Notes under the pieces: generated by a model
Databases searched by the model: none
Told to the model about the DNA's origin: nothing
What the model saw: the letters and a program-made list of their open reading frames with translations, nothing else
Program-made: the position numbers and the translations under genes
Assembly (NCBI GenBank): GCA_963737995.1
Contig: CAVTUV010000011.1
Location: 13,684-77,683 of the forward strand
Direction: 5' to 3'
Origin: an uncultured Verrucomicrobiae bacterium
GTDB taxonomy: Bacteria; Verrucomicrobiota; Verrucomicrobiia; Chthoniobacterales; UBA10450
DNA: 64,000 bases
Part shown: piece by piece, positions 19,978 to 30,509 of the stretch
How positions within the stretch are numbered: position 1 is the first letter of the stretch
Layout: the number at the start of each line of letters is the position of its first letter

Positions 19978-20994
19978 TTGCGCTTTCCAACCTTCTCGAA
20001 GATTGGACATCGCTCGTTAGGCGCAATCTGCGGCCTGCTCGTGCTGGCGACGGGCACCGCCCTTGGCGGACCTCTCGACGAACTGCGCGCACATGCCCAG
20101 CTTCCCGCGGTAGACCTGGCCACGCTCAAGCGCGGCCAGATCATCGTAGAAAAGGGAACCGCAAGCGGGTTCTCGCGCGGGATCCATCTCGAGTCGTGTT
20201 ATTTCGTACACGCTCCGATGAATGTCGTGGGCGATAAGCTGCTGCATTGGAATCCGATCCCGCACAAAGAGCTGGAAGTGCATTCCTACCGTGAGTTCTC
20301 GCTCCCCCCCGCAGCCGATGCCTTCCAGGCGCTGCGACTGAATCCGGCCGTCCCGGATGATAACTGGCTGCTTCAGCAAACGGCCAAAGTCACTCCGGGC
20401 GCCACGCCCAACACTCTTCACCTAACGAATGAAGAAGCGGAGGTGCTGCGGCAAAAAGCAGCCAGCCCGAGCGCGGCCTGGCAGGAGATCCTGCGCCGGC
20501 GAGCGACCGCGCTGGCGCGCGGTGGAATGGCCGCGGTCGGTCCTTACACAGCCGGCAGTTCCATCTCGCCCGCCACCGAATTGCGTGGACTGCTCACGCT
20601 CGCCCCGAAAGCGGCACGTCATTTTCAATCAGTTACCCGGTCTCACCCGATCGTGGCCAGCGGCAAGCCCGCGAGCGAGGCGGTCGGTTATTGGGAGACG
20701 ACCAGGGTGCGCGACCACACCACCTTGCAGTTGGGTATTTTCGCGGCGCAGAAGTCACCCGAATCCTGGCAATTGATCGACTGCGTTTATTATCCGACGG
20801 ACACCTATTTCATGGCGCTCGATCTCTTCCAGCTCTGGCCGGTGGACGGCGGCACCCTCGTCTGGCAGGTCGGCTTCGTCTCCGCGCCGTTCCGCAGTTA
20901 TCTTGGCGGGATTGATCGTTACATCGCGGGCAAACAGATGATGCAGGAAACGATCGACACGATCCAAGCTTTCCGGTCCGACGTCGGAAAATAG
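19978..20994 (+). CDS. Secreted hypothetical protein (paralogue of 24527-25522)
   Basis: Intact 338-aa ORF with signal peptide ...LGAICGLLVLATGTALG. The C-terminal LFQLWPVDGGTLVWQVGFVSAPF block is shared with the second copy. Confidence 0.5.
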   Translation: MRFPTFSKIGHRSLGAICGLLVLATGTALGGPLDELRAHAQLPAVDLATLKRGQIIVEKGTASGFSRGIHLESCYFVHAPMNVVGDKLLHWNPIPHKELEVHSYREFSLPPAADAFQALRLNPAVPDDNWLLQQTAKVTPGATPNTLHLTNEEAEVLRQKAASPSAAWQEILRRRATALARGGMAAVGPYTAGSSISPATELRGLLTLAPKAARHFQSVTRSHPIVASGKPASEAVGYWETTRVRDHTTLQLGIFAAQKSPESWQLIDCVYYPTDTYFMALDLFQLWPVDGGTLVWQVGFVSAPFRSYLGGIDRYIAGKQMMQETIDTIQAFRSDVGK

Positions 20995-21004
20995 GGCTGG
21001 GGGT

Positions 21005-21694
21005 CTAGAGGACCCGATAGACGCGAAGATCTTCGCGACGGATCGCCGGAGTCGAACGCGGCAAAAGTTGCAACCAGTCTGGCGGAGAGGGAGTCGGCGC
21101 CGCCAAACGATAAGCGAGCGTTTCTCGAATCCGTGGAGCGCTCTTGTTGCCCTGCCACATGTAATGATAGGCGATGACGTTGCCGCCGCTCGGCGTCACA
21201 ACCACATAGTTGATCTCTCTCGCGCGCGCGATGCGGTGCGCAGCATCCTCGTCATAGGTGGCCAGAAATTCCGCTTCGTCGCGGGTCCCACTCGGGTTAT
21301 CCCAATAGAGCGAGCCCACGCTGCGGATCCCGGTGGCATAATTGATCCAGGCTTGTCGCTCCTTTTGGCCGCAAAAGAGCGCGACTGGATTTGGAACTTT
21401 GGAATCCGTTTGCAGAATGCTCGCAACCTCCATCGTCGCGAGGCGATCAATCACCTCGGCGCGAACTCGCGCTGGGTCGTCCCGGTTGCTGCTCAGATTC
21501 CAGATCGCGATCAAGCCTAACGAGAGGCAGATGGAGGTTGCGTGCAAAAGGGGAATTGGTTTCAGGCGTCCTGCGGATGGCGGGCTGGCGCTGCCCGTTG
21601 CGACGGGATTTCGGTCATGCCCAAGGTCAGCAAAAAGAACGGAGGCCAACGCCGCAGCGCTTGCGCCCGCAATTCCGGCCCAGCGAAGCTGCAC
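21005..21694 (-). CDS. Membrane-anchored protein resembling only the last TM helix and C-terminal domain of an STT3/PglB-type oligosaccharyltransferase (probable 5'-truncated relic)
   Basis: The 229-aa ORF has one clear TM helix (LLHATSICLSLGLIAIWNL). Then AWINYATGIRSVGSLYWDNPSG...DEDAAHRIARAREINYVVVTPSGG recalls WWDYG...DNNTWNN...AYEIMRELDVxYVLVxFGG of STT3. This match is from memory and has not been searched. Confidence 0.4.
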   Translation of the reverse strand: MQLRWAGIAGASAAALASVLFADLGHDRNPVATGSASPPSAGRLKPIPLLHATSICLSLGLIAIWNLSSNRDDPARVRAEVIDRLATMEVASILQTDSKVPNPVALFCGQKERQAWINYATGIRSVGSLYWDNPSGTRDEAEFLATYDEDAAHRIARAREINYVVVTPSGGNVIAYHYMWQGNKSAPRIRETLAYRLAAPTPSPPDWLQLLPRSTPAIRREDLRVYRVL

Positions 21695-21714
21695 AAAGCT
21701 GAGGCCAATCGCCA

Positions 21715-22209
21715 GTGCCGTCGGACAAGCGCAACCAGGAGCTCCTCGAGCCGATTTTTTCGGGTAAAGCCGACGCCGTTTTCGGTTCGCGCTTTGTCGG
21801 GGCGCGCCCGCATCGCGTCGTCTATTTCTGGCACATGGTCGGAAACAAGTTCCTCACCCTGCTTTCCAACATGTGTACGAATCTCAATCTTACGGACATG
21901 GAGACGTGCTACAAAGCGTTTAGATCATCCGTCATCCAGGGGATGGATTTTCGCGAAGATCGGTTCGGCTTTGAAGCGGAGATCACGGCCAAGCTGGCAC
22001 GCGCGCGCGGCCGGATTTACGAAGTGGGCATCTCCTACGACGGCCGCACCTATCAGGAAGGAAAGAAGGTCAGTTGGCGGGATGGAGTGCGGGCCATCTA
22101 CGCGATCTTGAAGTATAACTTTTTCGCTTTGCCCGCGGCGCGGCCGCCCGGGCGGGCGGCGGCGGTCAAGCCGCCGCCGCGCTTCGCGCGCGTGGTTCCG
22201 ATTCCTTGA
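21715..22209 (+). pseudogene. 5'-truncated GT2 glycosyltransferase (C-terminal half only)
   Basis: Begins inside the conserved ...[61 protein letters not shown]...[19 protein letters not shown] block. The N-terminal DDGS/DxD half (about 90 aa) is absent, and an in-frame stop lies at 21700-21702. Confidence 0.7.
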
Positions 22210-22240
22210 TGCTAGCGGTGCGGAGCAGTCCGGCGGGACG

Positions 22241-23430
22241 CTATTCCTGAATACGCTTCAAGAGGAAGGCCGCGCCCACAAAGGTCGCGATCGCTCCGAT
22301 GAAGAGGAAGATAAGATCGCCGCTGTAGAAGGATGGTCCGGCCCGATAGAGATTCACCAGCCGGAACGCGCGGCAAAAATGGGTTAGCGGAAAAAATTCC
22401 GAAAGATAGCGAATGGCAGGCGGGAGTTGTTCGAGCGGTGCGAAAGCGCCGGAGAGAACAAAAATCGGGAGAAGGAAGAAAACCGAAAGCTGGATCGCCT
22501 GCGTCTGGGTGCGGGAAAAGGCCGAGATGAGCAGACCCAGCCCTAACGAGCAAAGGAGGAAGAGCAAACAGATCAGCGCGAGCATGTGGAACTGATGGAA
22601 TTGCACGTGAAAATGCAATCCCGCGACCACGATGATGACAAGAATGAGCAGAATCGAGATCGCGAGATAGGGCAGAATTTTCCCGATCACGATTTCGTTC
22701 CGCCGCAGCGAGGTCACCATCAGTTGATAAAGCGTGCCTGATTCGCGCTCGCGCGCGATCGTGCAGGCGGTCAGCGTGACGGTGAGGAGCTGGAGGATGA
22801 TCCCGATCACCCCGGGGATGACGTACTGGATAAAACGCTGCTCCGGGTTGTAGAGCACCTGCGTTTTCAGTCCCCACTGGCTCATGGCGGAGACGAATTC
22901 CTTTCGCACGTCGACCGGCAGTTGTTTGCCGAGCTCGATGACCTCCTCGGGCAGCGTATCGACCGTGGTCTCAAGCGAATTCTTTCTGGAATTCGCCGAG
23001 GCTTTCCTGGATCCGGCCTTCCAGTTCGCTCGCCGTGTTCGTGTCGCTGCCGTCGAGATAAAGCGGGAGCGGAATCGGATCGCCGTTCTTCAAGCTCGCG
23101 CCCCAGCCGGGTGGAATAATGAGCGCCGCCTGCACATGTTCGCGCAACAGATCGGGGCGGCCGCTGATTTTCCGCGCCATTTTCCATTGGAAAGTGGTTT
23201 CGGCGCTTCAGTTGCCTGACGAATTGAGCGCTCTGCGGCGATTGATCGCGATCTTCTAGCAGGGCGGGCACATTACTCGATCCGGTGGATTCAAAAGCGT
23301 GCCCGAAAATGAGCGTGAAAACCGGCGGCAGAATGAGGAGCAGAACGAGAATGCGCCAGTCGCGATAGATATGGATGAATTCCTTCTCCGCCACGCTGTT
23401 GATCGCCTGCAGGGAAGCACGGAGTCTCAC
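22241..23430 (-). CDS. ABC-2 type transporter permease; at least 2 frame breaks
   Basis: The N-terminus (INSVAEKEFIHIYRDWRILVLLLILPPVFTLIFGHAF), the periplasmic loop pieces (ORF 22971..3180 frame) and the intact C-terminal 222 aa (ARERESGTLYQLMVTSLRR..., 5 TM helices) lie in three frames. Confidence 0.75.
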
Positions 23431-24386
23431 GGCAGTTCTCCCTTCGATTCAACATGGCGTCGTAGCCTTGCGAGTAGGCGGTAAAGACGTCTTCCATGTC
23501 CGGCTCCGCCCAGCGGTGGGCGAGCAACTCAATCTCGGGATACGGCCACTGCTGTTGCCACTCGGCGAGCAGCCGATCCGCTTCCGGCGCGTAGATGCGC
23601 AAACTCCCGCTCCGCAGCGAGACGCCGAGGATGCCGGACGCTTCGCGCAGCCTAACGAGCGCATCCATGACCGGCCTGGCGTCGAGTTCGAGCAGCCTGG
23701 CCTTGAAAGTCTCCTTCAGGACGCGCGGCGAAGCCTTCGCCAACAAGCCGGCCTTCATGCAGGAAACCGACCTCGGTGCAGCGCTCCGCTTCGTCCATGT
23801 AATGGGTCGTGACGAAAATGGTGATGCCGTTGTGGCTCAGATCGTAGAGCAGATCCCACATCTGCTGGCGATGCACCGGGTCGAGGCCGGAGGTCGGTTC
23901 GTCGAGAAAAAGAAGCGGCGGCTCATGCACCAGCGCGCAGCCGAGCGCGAGCAATTGCCGCATCCCGCCGGAGAGACTGCCGGCGGCCGTGTCGCGTTTC
24001 GCGACAGGTCCATCTGGCGCGAGGAGCGTCTTGATCCGGCGCTCCAGTTGGTGCCGGCGGCACGCCGTAGGCGCCGGCAAAAAAACGCATGTTCTCCAGC
24101 ACGGTCAGATCCGGATAAAGACTGAACTTTTGCGCCATGTAACCAAACTTCGCCCGCACCGCATAACGATCGCGCCAGACGTCGCCGCCCATCGATCGTC
24201 GCGCTGCCCGCGGTCGGACGCAGCAGCCCGCAGAGCATCCGCATCGTCGTCGTCTTGCCCGCGCCGTTCGCGCCGAGGAATCCAAAAATCTCGCCGCGCT
24301 TGATCCGGAGCGAGAGATCGCGCACCGCCGTGAAATCGCCGTAGGATTTTCGTTAGGCCGTTGATGGCAATAATTGGTTCACTCAT
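23427..24386 (-). CDS. ABC transporter ATP-binding protein; at least 4 frame breaks
   Basis: Walker [11 protein letters not shown], signature [12 protein letters not shown], Walker [15 protein letters not shown]-loop [10 protein letters not shown]. The stop overlaps the permease GTG start as GTGA at 23427-23430. Confidence 0.8.
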
Positions 24387-24526
24387 CTGAGAAGAAACGC
24401 GCCGGTGCGTCCCGATCTCTCCCTAGGGAAAGCGCAGCTCTGTTTCAAGGCGCAAACCGCGCGCCAGCCGCGTTGACAGTCGCGCATTCGCCCAAGACTG
24501 AAAACCATTCGCCACGATTCCATTTT

Positions 24527-25522
24527 ATGAAAACATTCCCGATCTCGTCCTTCTCCTCCTTCTCGTCCTGCTCCGCCGATCTGCTCGCGCGCCGATCCCG
24601 TCAGCGAGCTGGCCAGTTTCTCCGTCTTCGGAAAAGTCGACCTCGCCGAGCTGGCCAAGGGCGACATCAAAACCGCCGCGGGCCGCCCATGAGCACGCCG
24701 CGTTATCTTTCGGTGCAGAGTTGTTTCGTCGTTCCCGCAGCCGCCCGGCAGGTGATCGAGGCGATGAAGCACTTCGACCCCACCGCGCATCGCGAGTTGA
24801 AGGTTTACCTGCACTCCGATCTGCCGGCTGCGCCTTCCGCCGCTAATTTTTCCAAGCTGAACAATCCGCCTGACAACTCTGCGGTCAAGACGCTCAGCGA
24901 GCGCGACCGAAAAAGATGTCGCCCGAGCTGCAGATCAGCCGGGCCGAAGCGCAGAAATTCTCCGCCGGCCAATCGGTCTTCGCTTTCTGGAGCGATCTCC
25001 TCGCGAAACGCGCGCAGGATTTCGTCGCCGGCGGCGCGGCGCGCCGAGGCGCCCTACGATCACACGCGGGACCGCGATCCAGCCGGGCAAGGAATTCGGC
25101 CGGACTCGTTAGGCAACAGGGCAAGGTCAATCAACAGTTCGGCGGCTTTCTCGGCGCGACCGGCCTGCTCGGCGGCAAAGGCTCGCTCAAGCCCGATCTC
25201 TATTGGGAATTGCTCGAGGTGGAAGACGAAGGCGTTCTCACCCTCGGCGCATCCTACACTCGCGCGCATCGCCGGCGGCGGCATCAGGTGGCCGACGGCC
25301 TCTACTACGCGAGCGGCGGCTACAACGTCGCGCTCACCCTTTACCAGCTCTGGCCGGTCGAGGTCGGCGGTCGCGCTTCCACCCTCGTCTGGCGGGGCGA
25401 TTTCATTTCCGCGCAATTCGTTAGGCGAACTGCACGGGATCGAGCGGCTCGCCTCGGAATCGGCCATGCGAAAAGATATTTTGAAGGCGGCCACGATCTT
25501 TCAGCGCGAAGCTGGCCGATGA
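24527..25522 (+). CDS. Secreted hypothetical protein, second copy of the 19978-20994 family; at least 4 frame breaks
   Basis: The pieces VDLAELAKGDIKTAAG..YLSVQSCFVVPAAARQVIEAMKHFDPTAHRELKVYLHSDL, LYQLWPVEVGGRASTLVWRGDFISAQ and ...ILKAATIFQREAGR* align with the intact paralogue. Confidence 0.55.
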   Translation: MKTFPISSFSSFSSCSADLLARRSRQRAGQFLRLRKSRPRRAGQGRHQNRRGPPMSTPRYLSVQSCFVVPAAARQVIEAMKHFDPTAHRELKVYLHSDLPAAPSAANFSKLNNPPDNSAVKTLSERDRKRCRPSCRSAGPKRRNSPPANRSSLSGAISSRNARRISSPAARRAEAPYDHTRDRDPAGQGIRPDSLGNRARSINSSAAFSARPACSAAKARSSPISIGNCSRWKTKAFSPSAHPTLARIAGGGIRWPTASTTRAAATTSRSPFTSSGRSRSAVALPPSSGGAISFPRNSLGELHGIERLASESAMRKDILKAATIFQREAGR

Positions 25523-26466
25523 ATTCCCGCACCTTTCTCCTCGCTCGGCCTGGTCTTCAGCGCGCTCACCGCTCTCGCTCTTCGCCGGCGACGGCAAGGA
25601 AATCTGTTCACGCGCCTACCGACGCGGTCGTGGAGGAGCCGTTTCGATTCTCCGCCGAGTTCACGATCGAACAGGCCTACATCGGCGGCGCCGACGTGCA
25701 GCGCGCCAACCTGCGACGTCAACGATTTCGACGAGTATTATTCCAACCTCGTCTTCGTTTACACCCCGCGGAGTCAAATTCGGCATCCTCCGCCTCGGCG
25801 CGCAGTGGGAGCGTTACTCCTTTGGCTTTTCCGACACGGCGGTCAGCAATTGCCTAACACGCCTCCAGGCGGTCAACTCGATCGTCGGGCTCGACACCAA
25901 GTTCTCCGATTCTATTCCTCATTCGGCTCGAAGCGCAGCCCGGTTTTTACGGCACCACTTTCGGTCACTTCGATGGCGATTACTTCAACGTCCCCTTCAT
26001 CCTCGGCGGCACCTACATTTACACCCCGGAATTGCAGTTCGTCTTCGGCGTCGGGGTCAATATCCAAGGGCGCTATCCCGGTCTTCCCGGGCGGCGGCAT
26101 TCGCTGGAAATTTGCTCCGCAATGGGTCCTCAACGCCGTCCTCCCGACGCCGCGGCTCGAGTATCGAGCTCAGTCGCAATCTCACCCTTTTCGCCGGCGC
26201 CGACCTCAAGGCCAACACCTTTCGCGTCGACGATCAATTTCGGCAACAGCCACGGCGACACCAGCCTGAACAGCGCCTGGCTGAGCTACGAAGAAGTGCG
26301 CGCCGGCGTCGGGCGCGGAATGGAAAATCAACTCCTCGCTCTCCTTCGCCTCGAGGGCGGCTACGTCCCTTATCGCGCAGTTCGATTACCATCGCACCGA
26401 AGTCCGCTATCACGACGAAAGCGGCGCGCCCTACGGCGCGCTTCATGCTTCCGCGGCGAGTTCTAG
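25519..26466 (+). CDS. Outer-membrane beta-barrel protein, second copy of the 19062-19976 family; at least 4 frame breaks
   Basis: The ATG overlaps the upstream stop as ATGA. GAQWERYSFG, AQPGFYGTT, NVPFILGGTY and PVFPGGGIRWKFAPQWVLNAVLPTPRLEY align with GFAYERYDFG, FRPGFYAEN, DVPITLG and PVIPLGGVIWIPSDKVRLMGVLPDPKLIY of the first copy. The likely end is ...FRGEF* at 26464-26466. Confidence 0.55.
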
Positions 26467-26496
26467 GGCCGAGCATCCGGCGCTCCATCCGCGCTT

Positions 26497-26647
26497 TGTC
26501 ATCCCGAGCCGCGCAGACGGCGAGGGACCTCTCATTGCTCGTAAGTTCTAAACTGACCTAACAACCCAGCCATCCGGGCGATTTCAGGCCGGGCGCAAGC
26601 CGCCCGACGCTCGTGAGGTCCTTCGCGTCTGCGCGCTCAGGATGACA
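26497..26647. repeat. Intergenic inverted-repeat element, GTCATCCCGAGC family, copy 4
   Basis: TGTCATCCCGAGCCGCGCAGACGGCGAGGGACCTC ... GAGGTCCTTCGCGTCTGCGCGCTCAGGATGACA. Confidence 0.75.
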
Positions 26648-26672
26648 AAATTGGGAAGCGCGCCGTCTCTCG

Positions 26673-28050
26673 TTAGGCGAGCGTCTTGTCCAGCGCGCCG
26701 ATCTTGCGCGTCTCCGGCCATTCAGGGCCACGGCGAAGACGACCAGGATTGTCCCGATGCCGCCCGCCGATGACGGATACGACCGGGCCGAATACGGCCG
26801 CGGTCAGGCCTGATTCCAGCGCGCCAAACTCATTCGAGGTGCCGATGAAAATATTGTTCATCGCCGAGACCCGCCCGCGCATTTCATCCGGGGTGAGCAA
26901 CTGCACGAGCGTTTGCCTGACGACCATGCTGACACTGTCGAAGACCCCGGTGAGGAAGAGCATCGCGAGCGAGAGCCAAAACCAGTGCGACGCGCCGAAA
27001 ACAATCGTCGCCACGCCGAATCCGCTCACGCACCAGAGCAGGGTCCGCCCGCCTGCCGCATCGGCGGCAGGTAGGCGATCAGCACCGCCATGACGAAGGC
27101 GCCGATCGCCGGCGCGGCTCGCAGCCAGCCGAGCCCGATCGGTCCGCAATGCAAAATCTGATCGGCGAAAATCGGGAGCAGCGCCGTCGCGCCGCCGAGC
27201 AGGACCGCGAAAAGATCGAGCGTGATCGTGGCCAGGATCATTTTCTGGCTGAGGACAAAGCGAATTCCCTCGGCCAGACTGCTCCACGGCTCGCCCACCA
27301 CCCGCCGTGCTTCGCGGATTTTTTCGATCGGCAGGACGAGCAGAGAAAAAGACAAGGCGCAGACCGCATCGAGCGCATAGATGAACGGAAATCCCAGCCT
27401 CACGATAAGAAATCCGCCCGACCGCCGGGCCGAGCACCGCGACTGATTTGAAAAATGCTGCTATTCCAGGTGACGGCGTTGGCGAAATTTTCGCGCGGCA
27501 CCAGGGTCGGGAGAAAAGCGAGCTGCGCGCGGCCCAGCCAAAAGTGCGGATCGAAGCCGAGATGAGCATGACGAGATAGATCAGCGGCGAGCGAGAGATC
27601 GTCGAAATGATAAGCCGGATGGCGCTCGAAGACAGTCGCGATCGAGCGCAGAAAATCATTCGCCCGCAGGAGGATCGGAGAGCGCGGAGATCCGAGATGA
27701 TTCCAGGAAATGAGCGCGAGACAGATCGAGCAGAGCGCGCTCGCGGCCTGTGACCAAAGAATGATCGATTTGCGGCGGAACCGATCGGCCAGATGTCCGG
27801 CCGGGAGGGAGAGCGCCACGATCGGGACGGCGGCGACGAGGCCGACCAGCCCGAGCGCGGTGGCGGAGTGGGTGCGGGCATAGACTTCCCATTCGATCGC
27901 GATCGTCAGCATCTGACGGCCGGTGATCGAGATGAAGTTCCCGAAGGCGTAAAAGGCGAAGCCGCGAAAACGAAAGGCGGCGTAGGGATCGCGCAACGCC
28001 GGCGCGCCTCCGGTGGTGGGGGGCGGCGCGTACGGTTTTCGCTCGGGCAT
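26673..28050 (-). CDS. MFS transporter (EntS/MFS_3-like); at least 3 frame breaks
   Basis: ORFs 27400..28050, 27026..27403 and 26673..27881 give 12 TM-like segments (GHLADRFRRK motif, ...LFLTGVFDSVSMVVRQTLVQLLTPDEMRGRVSAMNNIF). The TAA stop lies inside a GCCTAACGA motif. Confidence 0.7.
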
Positions 28051-28219
28051 CGTCGCGCGCGGCTACATCCCGGGCGCACGAGATTGTAGAGTTCGGCCCG
28101 CGCACCGCAACCTCACGCAGTCGGAACTTTCGCGGACCCGCTCCGCGCAAATATGTGCTTAACAAAGTCTTCGACCTCGAAGCGACGCGACCGAGCGCGA
28201 GGAACGGGAAAGCGCTGGA

Positions 28220-28298
28220 GGGCAACGCTCCGTCGTTGCCGTGTTTGATCGACCCCAGGCGTCAGACCCGGAAACACGGCAACGACGGAGCGTTGCCC
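28220..28298. repeat. Perfect 27-bp inverted repeat (long hairpin)
   Basis: GGGCAACGCTCCGTCGTTGCCGTGTTT (28220-28246), a 25-nt loop, then AAACACGGCAACGACGGAGCGTTGCCC (28272-28298). Intergenic between the MFS and PDZ genes. Confidence 0.85.
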
Positions 28299-28328
28299 GC
28301 CAGGGTCGCCTCGCCATGAGCGAGGCGT

Positions 28329-29394
28329 TTACAGAATTACGCTGCTGCGCCGCCAGCCGGTGCGTTCGTTAGGCGAAAAGGCGGCTCGCTCGTAATGCCG
28401 ATTGAGCAGCCGCGCTGATTCATTTCCGTCCTCCGGCGCGCGCGGCGGTTCCGGCGCGGGCGGAATCTCGGGCAGCTCTTGGTTTTCCAACTTCTCGAAA
28501 CGCTCCCGCACCTTCGCCGGAATCTTAGCCCGCTGCTCCGCGGTCTCGATCGGGCCGTTGAAGAGCACCTTTCCTTGTGCGTCCTTCGCAGTCAGCATTT
28601 TTTTGCCATCCACCCGCTCCAGTTTGAGCTCGCCCTGGTCATCCGAGAAAGTGACGGTCGCTTTGCCGAGATCGATCCTGGTTGACTTTGTCGCGTCGTC
28701 GTCGGTCGAGACGATGCGCAGGCTGCGCGCGGCCCGGCGCGCCTCGTCACCCGCGCGCATCGCCTGAGCTTTGGCCCGCGCGACCGCTTCGCGCACGGCC
28801 GTCATGTCAGGCATCTGGAAATCAAAATTCATTTTATCCAGGTCATCGAAGTTCCACTCTTTCTCGAACCCGAACGGCCCGCGGCCCATCGAGGTCTCGT
28901 GCTTCTTCAATTTCACCGTCACTTTCATCTCCTTGCCCTTGCGCAGGAGGGTGAGGTTGACCGTGGCGCCATCGGGGAAACTGCGCACCAGCTTCCCGAG
29001 CTGGCCGGGCTCGACGATGATCTGGTCGTTTAGCATCCGGATGATGTCGCTCTGTTGCAGGCCGGCGGCGGCCGCGGCGCTATCCGGCACAACATGGTCC
29101 ACCACCACGCCGAAGCCGCGCGGCAATCCCATTTGCTCCGACAGGACGCGCGGCACATCGGAGGTCTCGACGCCGAGAAAGGTGACCGGTTCCTTCGGGC
29201 CCATGTCGTGTTCGTGAAAATGCCCGCGAGGCGGGGGAACGGGCGGGACGGCGGCGACGGGCGGCGCAGGTGACGCCGGCCGCGAGTAATAATCCGGCGC
29301 CGGTTGCGAGGCAGTTGGCGTGGGCGACTGGGCAAAGGCAACCAGCGGCAGCAACCGCGGCCAGGGCCGTCGTTAGGATCAGCTGTTTTTTCAT
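28329..29394 (-). CDS. Periplasmic PDZ-domain protein; one frame break near 29350
   Basis: Signal peptide MKKQLILTTALAAVAAAG. PDZ region FLGVETSDVPRVLSEQMGLPRGFGVVVDHVVPDSAAAAAGLQQSDIIRMLNDQII, then a charged C-terminal half. Confidence 0.7.
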
Positions 29395-29413
29395 AGGTTG
29401 ATTTGGTTAAGGC

Positions 29414-29916
29414 TCACTGAAAGGAAACCGGCGTGAGGACAACCTGCTCCGCCGGATAGGAGACGCGCAGCGAGGCGCCGGTCTGCGGGTTGCGCCATCG
29501 CATCGTCTCGCGGGTGTCGTAGCGGACCCGCCGGAGCAAACGCTCCGATTCGTTAGGCGAGAAAACCAGACCTTCGTCGCGCTGGCGATAGACGACCTGG
29601 GTCAGCGCGGAAGGTTTGAAACCAGTCGTTAGGGAGGGCGGCGCAGGGACGGCCTTTCGCGCGACCGTGGGTGCCATCCGCGACGGCTCGGCAAAAAATG
29701 TCAGTCCGAGCAAGACAGCGCGGTTGCCCCCGCGAGACCAAGCCCGAGCGACCACCAAATGTGGCGAGCGCGGCGCCGGGCGCGGGAGGAATCCCGCCGT
29801 TGGCCGTCGCCTCCGGCTGCGCCAGCGCGCGTTCGATCCGCCAGAACAAGTTCAGGGGCGAGCGGGCGCGGGGCGCAGCTTTTCAGATCGGCTTCGAGTT
29901 CGGAAAAATCATTCAT
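29414..29916 (-). CDS. Putative anti-sigma factor (single TM helix); 2-3 frame breaks
   Basis: Starts with an ATGAATGA overlap on the sigma-factor stop. The pieces MNDFSELEADLK..., a TM helix (WWSLGLGLAGATAL) and the C-terminal domain (ORF 29414..29758) lie in three frames. Confidence 0.5.
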
Positions 29917-30406
29917 GGGGCTGCAATGTTTTCTTGAGCGCGCCGAGCGCGTAGCGATAGCGCGAGGCGGCGGTGTTCTGTGAGATCTCGAGAATACCCG
30001 CGATCTCGGCGAAGGTGAGTTCGTTCCAGATTTTCAAAATCACGACCTCCCGTTGTTCGTTAGGCAAACGTTCGACCGCGGCGGCGAGCATCTGCTGGCC
30101 TTCGTCGTCGGTCGTAAACTGCGGTTCGAAATGGTCGGCCCCGTCGCGCGCAACGGCGGCTTCGCGCCGGGACGCGGCGCTGCTCGCTGCGCAAGCGATC
30201 GAGCGCGGTCGGAGCGGACGGTCGCGTAAAGGAGGGCGCGGTTTTCGATCGAACGTTCGCTCCGCCAGAAACGGACGAACGCTTCCTGCACGATATCCTC
30301 GGCATCGGCCCGGCAAGTTCGTCCAGCGGCGCGCGAAGAGAAGCAGGGCCGGGCTCAGCTGTGCGAAACAGGTTTTCCAATCTTCATCGGTGCGATCGCT
30401 CTCCAT
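29909..30406 (-). CDS. ECF-type RNA polymerase sigma-70 family factor; 2-3 frame breaks
   Basis: Region 2 is ...DAEDIVQEAFVRFWRS (ORF 30040..30291 frame). Region 4 is LPNEQREVVILKIWNELTFAEIAGILEISQNTAASRYRYALGALKK. Confidence 0.8.
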   Translation of the reverse strand: MESDRTDEDWKTCFAQLSPALLLFARRWTNLPGRCRGYRAGSVRPFLAERTFDRKPRPPLRDRPLRPRSIACAASSAASRREAAVARDGADHFEPQFTTDDEGQQMLAAAVERLPNEQREVVILKIWNELTFAEIAGILEISQNTAASRYRYALGALKKTLQPHE

Positions 30407-30509
30407 GACCTCTTCACGGTCTTTTATGATTGAGACGCCGCCAAATGCGGGTTTTGTCTATCTGGCGTGAAACTTCTTTTCGGAGCCGGAGCGGCCCTCC
30501 TCCCGTTTT

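Noticed and set aside
22241-24386. The ABC-2 exporter as part of a defence or toxin-export system.
   Set aside because: Only the generic ATPase and permease pair is present. There are no immunity, lantibiotic, bacteriocin or defence-associated genes nearby, so it is treated as an ordinary envelope or polysaccharide exporter candidate.
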